A stretch of DNA of 64,000 nucleotides from an uncultured Spirochaetota bacterium (GTDB lineage Bacteria; Spirochaetota; Brevinematia; Brevinematales; JAOACQ01). The notes below the pieces were generated by a model, which saw nothing but the letters and a program-made list of their open reading frames with translations, ran no database searches and had not been told where the DNA came from. The stretch covers positions 416,001 through 480,000 of the forward strand of contig CAWAOD010000011.1 in assembly GCA_963783575.1 (NCBI GenBank), written 5' to 3'. Shown here piece by piece: positions 33,139 through 42,015 of this stretch (the first letter of the stretch is position 1; every line of letters starts with the position of its first letter). The translations under genes were made by a program, and so were the position numbers.

Positions 33139-33972
33139 ATGAAGGTTCTTAATGCCGAAGGGTTACACTATAAAAATTTAAATGAATTGATATTTGAAGC
33201 AATAAATTCCGGTGAAGATCATATAAAAGTTGAGAATGTGATGGGGCACCGGTATATCGGCGACGGCTTAAAGGCGGATGAATCGGTCCGTATTGATGTC
33301 TACGGAACTGCAGGTAATGATCTTGGAGCTTTTATGAACGGCCTTTCCATAAGGATTTATGGTAATGCCCAGGACGGTATCGGAAATACAATGAACGCGG
33401 GGAAAATCTTTGTTCATGGCGACGCCGGGGATGTCTTATGTTATGGTATGCGCGGGGGCGAGGTTTATATTAAGGGCGATGTAGGATACCGTGTCGGGAT
33501 ACACATGAAGGAATATATGAATTTTATTCCTAAGGTTGTTATAGGCGGATGTGCAGGTGATTTTTTCGGTGAATATATGGCGGGCGGATATTTGATACTG
33601 CTGGGATTGGATAAAAGCGATCAGAAACCTGTAATAGGAGATTATATTGCAACCGGTATGCACGGCGGCAGGATTTATATCAGGGGAAATGTTGATTCCG
33701 ATAAATTAAGCAAGGAAGCAAAGGTATTTGATCTTGATCAGGATGATTTTAATATTATTCAGACTCTTATAGTAAATTTCTGCAAAGAGTTTGATCTGGA
33801 TATAAAGAACATAATGAATGAAAAATTTGTCAAATTGATACCTGTCAGTAAAAGGCCGTACGGGAGACTCTATGTTCCAAGCTGGCATACTATTACAAAC
33901 AGGAAAGAAGTCGTACCCGGTTCTTTTGAAACTAACGGTTATCCGAAAATAAGAAATATCAGGGAAAGATAG
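33139..33972 (+). CDS. Glutamate synthase GXGXG beta-helix subunit (GltB3/GlxC-like)
   Basis: GNDLGAFMNG, GDVGYRVGIHMK, GEYMAGG, TGMHGG. AAGGAG RBS before ATG 33139. Confidence 0.9.
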   Translation: MKVLNAEGLHYKNLNELIFEAINSGEDHIKVENVMGHRYIGDGLKADESVRIDVYGTAGNDLGAFMNGLSIRIYGNAQDGIGNTMNAGKIFVHGDAGDVLCYGMRGGEVYIKGDVGYRVGIHMKEYMNFIPKVVIGGCAGDFFGEYMAGGYLILLGLDKSDQKPVIGDYIATGMHGGRIYIRGNVDSDKLSKEAKVFDLDQDDFNIIQTLIVNFCKEFDLDIKNIMNEKFVKLIPVSKRPYGRLYVPSWHTITNRKEVVPGSFETNGYPKIRNIRER

Positions 33973-34025
33973 CGGTTAAATATCTTAAGATATTACAATC
34001 GCTCCATAATTCAGAGGAGAAGTAT

Positions 34026-35559
34026 ATGTTGTTTCAACCTAATGTATCGAATTATTATGATTTCAAGGTTGTAAGAGATTATGATAGATGTATAAAGTGT
34101 ATGGGTTGTGTAACACAATGCTCATACGATGCAAATTTCTGGGATGAGGACAGGCAGAAAATCGACACAATTCATAGTAAATGTATCGGATGCCACAGGT
34201 GTGAGGTATTTTGCCCCACCGATGCGATTTCCATTCAGCATAATCCTTCGAAATTCAGGGAAAACGGTTATTGGTCAAAAAGGGATATAAGAAACATCTA
34301 CATGAACGCAGAAACCGGCGCTATTGGGACAACAGGAATGGGCAATGACCTCGCTACTCAACCGGTTTATTTCGACAGGATACTTTTTGACGCCTGCCAG
34401 GTTACAAATCCATCCATAGATCCTTTAAGGGAACCGATGGAGCTGACCACTTATATTGGAAACAGGGGAAGAAGCCTGGAAATCAGAGAAGAAAACAATA
34501 AATACAATATTATCAACCCGGTTATGAAGCTTTTAAAGCTTGAAGTACCTATTATTTTTGGCCCTATGTCATATGGTTCGATCAACCTGAATGTTCAAAA
34601 AGCCCTGGCTGGTGCGGCAAAAGAACACGGCACATTATGGAATACAGGCGAAGGAGGTCTCCACAGGGATTTATACAAATATGGGGAAAATACAATAGTT
34701 CAGGTCGCTTCAGGACGTTTCGGCGTTCATGAAGAATACCTGAAAGCCGGCGCCGCGATTGAGATAAAAAATCGGCCAGGGGGCTAAACCAGGAATAGGC
34801 GGGCATCTGCCCGGTGAAAAAGTTCTTGAGGAAGTATCAAAAACAAGAATGATACCTCAGGGCAGCGATGCCATTTCACCGGCGCCGCATCATGACATTT
34901 ATTCGATCGAAGATTTAAGACAGCTCATATATGCGTTAAAAGAAGCTACCAGGTATGAAAAGCCCGTTCAGGTAAAAGTATCCGCCGTTCATAATATAGC
35001 GGCGATTGCTTCAGGTATTGCAAGAGCCGGGGCGGATATTATTGTTGTTGACGGATACCGGGGAGGTACCGGTTCAACCCCGACCATAGTGAGGGAACAT
35101 ACCGGAATACCGATAGAACTTGCGATAGCTGTTGTTGATGAAAGACTCAGGCAGGAAGGGATCCGAGAAAATGTCGGGCTTATAGCTGCCGGAGGAATCC
35201 GGAGCGCTTCGGATGTTTTAAAAACAATCGCCTTGGGCGCAGATGCGGTTTATATAGCTACGGCGGCTTTAATGGCGGTCGGCTGTACTTTATGCCAGCA
35301 ATGTCATACGGGAAGGTGTGCATGGGGAATTACAACCAATGATGCATACCTTGCGAAACGACAAAACCCGAACATAGCCACGGAACAGGTTTCCAATCTT
35401 CTACGCGCATGGAAAATAGAGATGAAGGAAGTGCTTGGAAGTATGGGGTTGAATGCCATAGAAAGCCTGAGGGGCAACAAAGAAAGGCTCAGAGTGGTTG
35501 GAATGAACGATAAGGAAATGGAAGTCCTTGGTTTAAAACAAGCCGGTTTAGGAATGTAG
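34026..35559 (+). CDS. Archaeal-type glutamate synthase FMN subunit with N-terminal 2x[4Fe-4S] (GltB2/GlxD-like), frameshifted at A6 34766-34771
   Basis: Two CxxCxxCxxxC motifs, MSYGS, NTGEGG, QVASGRFGV. Removing one A gives [22 protein letters not shown]; then SPAPHHDIYSIEDL and CTLCQQCHTGRC. Confidence 0.93.
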
Positions 35560-35568
35560 GAGGTTATT

Positions 35569-36090
35569 GTGAAGCGAGTTTATCCTGTTGAAGAATACTG
35601 CATAGCTTGTCATCTATGTGAAGTGGCCTGTATTGTTGAACATTCAAAATCTAAAAATATATTTTTTGCATTTTCGGAAATGCCGAAAGTCAATTCAAAA
35701 ATAGAAGTAGAGATGAGCGGCCCGCTTTCATTTTCGGCCAGTTGTAGAATGTGCGAACACCCTGAGTGTGTGGAAGCCTGCCCAGTTGCGGCTGTTACCC
35801 GGAATGAAGAAACCGGCCTTGTTAAAATTCTGGAAGACCGCTGTATCGGATGCTGGATGTGCATAATGGCCTGCCCGCAGGGTTCGGTAACAACTCGTGT
35901 TGATGAGGAAGCGAACCTGCGAGTATCTGACAAATGTGATTTATGTGAAAATAGAACATCCGGACCGGCCTGTGTTCAGGCCTGTCCCAATGATGCTTTG
36001 ATTTTTGAAGACCGCGATTTTGAATCAAAAGGACAACCGACACTCCGGGGTTCATATCATGTTTTCAGCGAAGGAACAATGGAAGATTAA
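35569..36090 (+). CDS. 4Fe-4S dicluster protein (CooF/HydN-like)
   Basis: CIACHLCEVAC, CRMCEHPECVEACP, CIGCWMCIMACP, KCDLC; GTG start with GGAGG RBS. Confidence 0.9.
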   Translation: MKRVYPVEEYCIACHLCEVACIVEHSKSKNIFFAFSEMPKVNSKIEVEMSGPLSFSASCRMCEHPECVEACPVAAVTRNEETGLVKILEDRCIGCWMCIMACPQGSVTTRVDEEANLRVSDKCDLCENRTSGPACVQACPNDALIFEDRDFESKGQPTLRGSYHVFSEGTMED

Positions 36091-36152
36091 AATCATAATG
36101 AATGTTTTGATAAAATCAATTGTTTTCCCAAATGATATCAGGAGGAAAATTA

Positions 36153-37448
36153 ATGCAAAAAGCGAAATTTGTCACTATCGGATATTCAGCCGGTGCGATA
36201 GGAATGATTGAGGCTATTAGGAAAAACGATAAAGCAAACAGAATTCTTGCCGTCTCAAAGGAAAAATACCCGGTCTACGGAAGACCGGCGATCCTGAATT
36301 ATGTTATGGGACAGATTAATGAGGACGGACTGTTTTATGGCGGAATAGGCTATACAAAGCAAAAAAATGTTGACACAATACTTGGGGTCGAAGTTGTAAA
36401 AATCAATCCCGATATGCATACACTCGAATTATCTGATGGAGAAACTGTAGAATATGAGAAACTTCTGCTTAATTTAGGCGGTAAACCGATTAGTCCGCCG
36501 ATTCCCGGAAAGGAGCTGGAAGGTGTTCTCAATTTCTTTAGCCTTGATGATGCAAAAAATATGATGATGCAGGTTAGAGAAGCCGGCGCAAAAATAGCAG
36601 TTGTAATCGGCGGAGGGCTTATAGGACTTAAGGCGGCGGAAGCCCTGATTAAGCTTGGTGTAAAAGTTTCGATTGTCGAACTTGCTCCTACGATTTTGAG
36701 CCGGGCACTGGATCCGGTCAGTTCAATGCTTATGGCCGATAAAATGAAGAAACTTGGAGTTGTGATAATAACCGAAACAAGTGTTGCGGAAATCATAGGA
36801 GATAAAAAGGTTAAGAAAGTGAAACTAACGAATGGACAGATAATGGATACCGATATGGTATATATGTCGATCGGTGTGAATCCGGACTCAAAACTGGCTG
36901 AATCGGCAGGGATTGCTGTTAACAGGGGTATTGAGGTTGATCGTTTCATGAGTACTAATAAAAAAGATATATTTGCCGCAGGGGATGTTGCTAAAGGCTA
37001 TAATTTCTTGACTGGAGAGAATATGGTTCTTGCGATCTGGCCTGTGGCGCGGAAGATGGGTTTTTATGCCGGATTAAATATGATGGGGGCCGGAGTTAAG
37101 TATGACGGTTCCATATTATTGAATTCCCTTTATTTTGAGGATCTATATACTATATCTTATGGAGAAACTAACCCCCAGAATCCTGAAAAATACGAAATAC
37201 TTGAAAAATTTTATTCCGATGGAAGATCTTATAGAAAATTCTTTATCAAAGATGACTTAATCCATGGTGCTGTTTTTGTTAACGATATCTCAAGGGCTGG
37301 AATTGTAAAAGGGCTGATGTATGAAAAAATACCTGTATCTATGTACAAGGATTTTCTTCTGAAAAAGGATTTTTCATTTATTCATTTACCGAAGTATTAC
37401 AGGGACAATGTTTACAGGAAACCTTACACTGAGCTTATTGCCAGATAA
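36153..37448 (+). CDS. NAD(P)/FAD-dependent oxidoreductase (NirB/rubredoxin-reductase-like)
   Basis: IGYSAGA, VIGGGLIG, IFAAGDVA. GGAGG RBS before ATG 36153. Confidence 0.88.
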   Translation: MQKAKFVTIGYSAGAIGMIEAIRKNDKANRILAVSKEKYPVYGRPAILNYVMGQINEDGLFYGGIGYTKQKNVDTILGVEVVKINPDMHTLELSDGETVEYEKLLLNLGGKPISPPIPGKELEGVLNFFSLDDAKNMMMQVREAGAKIAVVIGGGLIGLKAAEALIKLGVKVSIVELAPTILSRALDPVSSMLMADKMKKLGVVIITETSVAEIIGDKKVKKVKLTNGQIMDTDMVYMSIGVNPDSKLAESAGIAVNRGIEVDRFMSTNKKDIFAAGDVAKGYNFLTGENMVLAIWPVARKMGFYAGLNMMGAGVKYDGSILLNSLYFEDLYTISYGETNPQNPEKYEILEKFYSDGRSYRKFFIKDDLIHGAVFVNDISRAGIVKGLMYEKIPVSMYKDFLLKKDFSFIHLPKYYRDNVYRKPYTELIAR

Positions 37449-37451
37449 AAT

Positions 37452-37485
37452 AAAAAGGCTGTTCTCATTTTGAACAGCCTTTTTT
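37452..37485. terminator. Bidirectional intrinsic terminator
   Basis: aaaaaggctgttc-tcatttt-gaacagcctttttt between convergent genes. Confidence 0.88.
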
Positions 37486-37539
37486 GTCTAAAATAAAATA
37501 TCTTGTATTTAATTTCATATCGATCAAGCGGCATGCTTG

Positions 37540-38997
37540 CTAATCTTGATTTCTATTGGGATTTGAAAACTTTTTAATATCCTCGTCAAATACCTTTATC
37601 TGATATTGTTTCTTTAAGTTATCAAACCAATCTTTACGAGAGGCTGAAATTTTGAAATTCATATATGCAAGCGCGACATCCTGATCAATATTTTGATAGA
37701 CTATATTTGTACTGACGCCTTTGGAAATCTCTTTAATGATAACGATATAATCGTCATTATTAAATGTTTTACTGACATCATTTTTATTAGCTGAAAATAT
37801 GAATTCAGTCCAGGCATCATTCTGAATCAAGGGCAGGGGTATGATATTATCCTTTTCATCTTTCAAGGTTACCGAAACCGGTGATATTTTACCGGTTTTT
37901 ACATAGCTCATACCGGTTGCATTGGCAATTGTTCTGAAATCCGATTTTGACTTAATCATTTCTTCCGCTTTATGTACGGAATCTTTTATATCGGCATCAA
38001 ATTTTGTTCTAAGATTTGTATATTCTTTCGAAACATAATCATTTTCAAGGATGTTTTTATTGCTTATATTCAAATTGTTTATATTTGGAAAACCTATAAT
38101 TTTTAGAATATGATACATGCCGTTTTCGAATTGCGGTTTTTGGGTTATATCACCGGTTTTTGCGGTTAATGCAAGAAAAAACCTCTTGGACAGCCCGGGT
38201 AAATTTTTTAGAGTTAATTGATTGGTATAAATGTACTTTCCTTTATAATTATCAATCATTTTATTCCAGCCGCCTTCCTGAGAGAATTTATTCATTTCAT
38301 AAGCCAAAGCCTTGTTGCTAATTGAAACTTCCTCAACATAAGCTTCTGTGGAATAATTGCTTATGTTCTGCAGATAAAAACCTTCAATATCCTTTTCGGA
38401 AATCTTACCGATGATATAATTTGTGATATTTATATACAGTAGTTCTGTTTGAGCCATGAAGTTCAGCAGATCATAATATTGATACAATTCAGCTATTGTA
38501 ACCGGAGTTATTGAATTTGCAAGATCACCGTTTTCTCCTGAGAATGTCAGATTAGCATATTCCATACTGCCGTATTCCATAAGACCTTTATCCGGGAGGG
38601 CATTAAGCCTTCCTCTAAGAATATACTCGATAATACTTCTAAGCGTTTCTTTTGATGGAGAAATACCTATCTTATTAGCATAGTCGTTCATAATATCATA
38701 ATTAACCAGAAGTTGCGCTGCATATTTATTGATTGTGTATTGATCGATATTTTCTTTATTTTTTCCGGTAATACTTGATCTGATCGTATTTGCCAAATAA
38801 TAATAAGAGGATCCGGGCTGATATACAAAAGTATTCTTATTTATTTCTGCAATCTTTGTTGATTCTATTCTCGGACCTCTGTTCCAGGGCGTATATACGA
38901 GTCCGACGATAAAAGTAATGATCACCAGCGATATTATTGTATAAATAATCGCTTTGTTTACAATTTCCCTAAACTGCTTTTTCTTCTTCCTTTCCAT
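37540..38997 (-). CDS. Membrane-anchored SurA/PpiD-like periplasmic chaperone (putative)
   Basis: Basic N-terminus plus TM, IAEINK, YANKIGISPS, IFSANKNDVSK, WFDNLKKQYQIKV. AAGGAG RBS before ATG 38997. Confidence 0.6.
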   Translation of the reverse strand: MERKKKKQFREIVNKAIIYTIISLVIITFIVGLVYTPWNRGPRIESTKIAEINKNTFVYQPGSSYYYLANTIRSSITGKNKENIDQYTINKYAAQLLVNYDIMNDYANKIGISPSKETLRSIIEYILRGRLNALPDKGLMEYGSMEYANLTFSGENGDLANSITPVTIAELYQYYDLLNFMAQTELLYINITNYIIGKISEKDIEGFYLQNISNYSTEAYVEEVSISNKALAYEMNKFSQEGGWNKMIDNYKGKYIYTNQLTLKNLPGLSKRFFLALTAKTGDITQKPQFENGMYHILKIIGFPNINNLNISNKNILENDYVSKEYTNLRTKFDADIKDSVHKAEEMIKSKSDFRTIANATGMSYVKTGKISPVSVTLKDEKDNIIPLPLIQNDAWTEFIFSANKNDVSKTFNNDDYIVIIKEISKGVSTNIVYQNIDQDVALAYMNFKISASRKDWFDNLKKQYQIKVFDEDIKKFSNPNRNQD

Positions 38998-39023
38998 AAT
39001 TACTCCTTTATTTAGTAGCACGA

Positions 39024-39091
39024 CCCTTTGGTTCGGCAAGCCTTGTGGTGAAACTGTCGAACTATCACCATAAGCCAGCTTCAGGGCAGGC
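39024..39091. repeat. Nested REP-like element
   Basis: tggttcggcaagc...tcaccataag interrupted by an inverted copy cttgtggtgaaactgtcgaacta, all inside ccctt...tcagggcaggc. Confidence 0.6.
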
Positions 39092-39109
39092 TTCTTGATC
39101 AGTATTTAT

Positions 39110-39763
39110 TTACCATTTCTTAAGCCCGTCATCCTTTTTGAGAAGTTTTATTAAATCAGTTGTTGATATTTCAATATCGGTAATAATGTTGTCAATTTTC
39201 GTCTGCAGAAAATTATACGCTACAACAGCCGGTATGGCAACGCAAAGTCCGAATGCTGTTGAAATAAGTGCTTGAGCGATTCCTGCAATAAGCTGCGAAG
39301 GATTACTGGTGCCCTGTTTGGCCAGAACCGTACAGGACAATATCATACCTATCACGGTTCCCAAAAGTCCAAGAAGTGTTGAAATGCTTACAACAGTTGA
39401 CAATACAGGCATATTTTTCTGAAGTTTTGGGATTTCATATTTTGCTGCATCTTCCATACTTCTTTCGATATCTTCCCTGGGTTTCGGTGAAGCTTCCAAT
39501 CCGGCTTTTATTATATTTGAAGCGGGCCCGGGATGATTTTCGCATACTGCGATAGCTTCGTCAAGACGCAACCCCTTAAGTTTTTCCCTGATTCTTTCCA
39601 TTACAATTTTTCCGTTTTTTCTAACCCGTTCCAGATATATAAATCTTTCGATAAAAACAGACAAACCCATTATTGATGCGAGCAGGATGAAGTACATGAC
39701 AGGTCCGCCCTGTTGAAAATATGAAATCAGCATATACTCCTCTGAAGGTTTAAAAGTAAGCAT
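39110..39763 (-). CDS. MotA/TolQ/ExbB proton channel protein
   Basis: GGPVMY, TLLGLLGTVIGMI, GIAQALISTAFGLCVAIPA. Confidence 0.92.
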   Translation of the reverse strand: MLTFKPSEEYMLISYFQQGGPVMYFILLASIMGLSVFIERFIYLERVRKNGKIVMERIREKLKGLRLDEAIAVCENHPGPASNIIKAGLEASPKPREDIERSMEDAAKYEIPKLQKNMPVLSTVVSISTLLGLLGTVIGMILSCTVLAKQGTSNPSQLIAGIAQALISTAFGLCVAIPAVVAYNFLQTKIDNIITDIEISTTDLIKLLKKDDGLKKW

Positions 39764-39873
39764 AGTATTCGATTAATATAAAAAACCATTAATAATTATA
39801 AGATATTCTATAATATTTGTCATTTTTATGAGAAGGGATTTATGTTAAATGAGAACCTAAACTTTGCGATTCT

Positions 39874-41790
39874 TTATATTACAATCAAAAATTCAACTCC
39901 ATTTTTTGTATTTCTTACGGTTAATCTTCCACCCATATTTTTTTCAATAATCATTTTTGACATATAAAGGCCGATACCTGTACCTTTTTCTTTAGTTGTA
40001 AAATAGGGATCGAATATTTTTTCTATAATATTTTCCTCAATACCGCCTGCATTATCATAGATTGAAACGGCCGATTTATTGTTTTGTTCAAATAATTTTA
40101 TTATTATTTCCGGATCGGGAATTTTCCTTTCAATTATTACATCTTTCGCATTATTTATAATATTCAGTATAACCTGATTATATTCATTCTGATAGCCCAT
40201 TATTTTAATGTCTTTTTCAATTTTGATTTCGATATTTATATTATATTCCTGAAAACTTACCATTAAAAAAGAGACTGTTTTTCTTATAGTTTCCATCAGG
40301 CTGAAAAGTTCTTTTTCCTTGTTAGGTTTAAAGAAATTTCTAAAATCATCAATTGTCTGGGACATATGCTTGAGAATCTGCAAAGATTTTTCAACAGCTG
40401 TGTTCAGATATTCAATATCTAATTTATTAAATTCATATGCCCCCATAATGTTTTGGATAATAATTCCAATGGCGTTCAGTGGCTGCCGCCACTGGTGCGC
40501 TATATTACCGATCATCTCACCCATTGCGGCCAATCTTGATTGCTGAATCAAAATCTGATCTTTTTCCCTGTTTTTTAAAACTTCTTCCTTGATTTTTTTA
40601 TCAAGATTCTGGTTTAAATCGGCAAATTCCTGCATTGTTTTCTGTAAGGCTTCCTCTGCCTTAATTCGTTCCGTAATATCATCTTTAATAATTGCAAAAT
40701 TAATTATTTTACCATTCGAATTAACCAGGGGAGATATTATGGTTTGCTCCCAGAAAGGTTCGTAATTTTTTTTCATGCTTTTCGATAAACCCTGCCAAAT
40801 AATCCCCGACTTAATCCTTTCCCATCTGTTTGAAAATTCATTGTCGGTAATCTCTTCAAGATGCAGGTCTTTTATGTTTCTACCGATTATTTCTTCCCTG
40901 CTGTATCCGGTCAATTGAATAAATTTCTTGTTAATATATTCAACAAATCCCTGTATATTAATTATTATTATTGAATTTGGACTCTGTTCTACCATATATG
41001 AAAGTTTGATTATTTCATTTTCATTTTTTTGTTTTTCAGTAATATCTCTAAATATTACAGTCACCCCGGATATTTCTCCATTGTCATTTTTTATAGATGA
41101 TATCCTGCTGTCAATAAGTATTTTTTTCCCGGTTATGGATAAAAGAATATTATATTTTTTCAGATCGAGGTTTTTCTCCCTTATTATCAGGTCAAAATCA
41201 TCATTTTTTGGAGAAAAGGTCATATTTTCATCGGTAATATGAAAGACTTCGGAAATATGCCTGCCAACAGCATTTTCTTTTTCCCACCCGGTAAGTTCCA
41301 GGGCAATTTGGTTGATGACTTTTATGCTGCCATCTCTATCTGTTGCTATTACAGCATCTCCTATACTTTCTATTGTTGTTGAGAACCATTGTTCGCTTTC
41401 TTTTAATTTTTTTTCCATTTGATACCGGTACAATCCCATTTCAATACAAGTTAATAACTCTCTTTCATTAAAAGGTTTCAAGATATATCCGAATGGTCCG
41501 CTGATTTTTGCTCTCTGGAGAGTTTTATCATCGGAGTATGCCGTAAGATAAATAACAGGAATATCATAACGGTTATGTATAATCTCAGATGCTTCGGTTC
41601 CATCCATTTCACCTTTTAGCAGTATATCCATAATGATGATATCGGGTTTCAAAGTTCCGGCTTTTTCTATTGCTTCGATTCCAGCCGTAGCAATTCCCAA
41701 TATTGAATATTCAAGTTTCTGAAGCCTGAATTCCAAATCTTTTGCTACAATCAGTTCATCCTCGACTATTAAAATTTTGGTTTGCCTCAT
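39874..41790 (-). CDS. Cytoplasmic hybrid sensor kinase REC-PAS-PAS-HisKA-HATPase
   Basis: ILIVEDE, MDI, KPF; two PAS domains; IAHQWRQPL; DNAGGI, FTTK, GTGIGL. Confidence 0.92.
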   Translation of the reverse strand: MRQTKILIVEDELIVAKDLEFRLQKLEYSILGIATAGIEAIEKAGTLKPDIIIMDILLKGEMDGTEASEIIHNRYDIPVIYLTAYSDDKTLQRAKISGPFGYILKPFNERELLTCIEMGLYRYQMEKKLKESEQWFSTTIESIGDAVIATDRDGSIKVINQIALELTGWEKENAVGRHISEVFHITDENMTFSPKNDDFDLIIREKNLDLKKYNILLSITGKKILIDSRISSIKNDNGEISGVTVIFRDITEKQKNENEIIKLSYMVEQSPNSIIIINIQGFVEYINKKFIQLTGYSREEIIGRNIKDLHLEEITDNEFSNRWERIKSGIIWQGLSKSMKKNYEPFWEQTIISPLVNSNGKIINFAIIKDDITERIKAEEALQKTMQEFADLNQNLDKKIKEEVLKNREKDQILIQQSRLAAMGEMIGNIAHQWRQPLNAIGIIIQNIMGAYEFNKLDIEYLNTAVEKSLQILKHMSQTIDDFRNFFKPNKEKELFSLMETIRKTVSFLMVSFQEYNINIEIKIEKDIKIMGYQNEYNQVILNIINNAKDVIIERKIPDPEIIIKLFEQNNKSAVSIYDNAGGIEENIIEKIFDPYFTTKEKGTGIGLYMSKMIIEKNMGGRLTVRNTKNGVEFLIVI

Positions 41791-42015
41791 TTGGATATCC
41801 TTATTATATTTGTACTAGTCATCTTTTTTAAGTATAAATCCGGCAGGATAAAACTGCAAGATTTGAGGATAATTGTATAGTCAGGCGATGATAGCGGAAA
41901 AATATTTTGAATGAGATGTTAATGATTATAATAAAATTTACCGAAAATAAAATTAGGGAAATTGCGTTTTTTATTGACCTTTGATACAATGATATTCAAT
42001 ATTAGGGGTTTATTT

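Noticed and set aside
34766..34771. Programmed ribosomal frameshifting here or at the other split genes
   Set aside because: The directions are mixed, no common slippery site or stimulator is evident, the genes are unrelated, and the breaks fall within conserved motifs.
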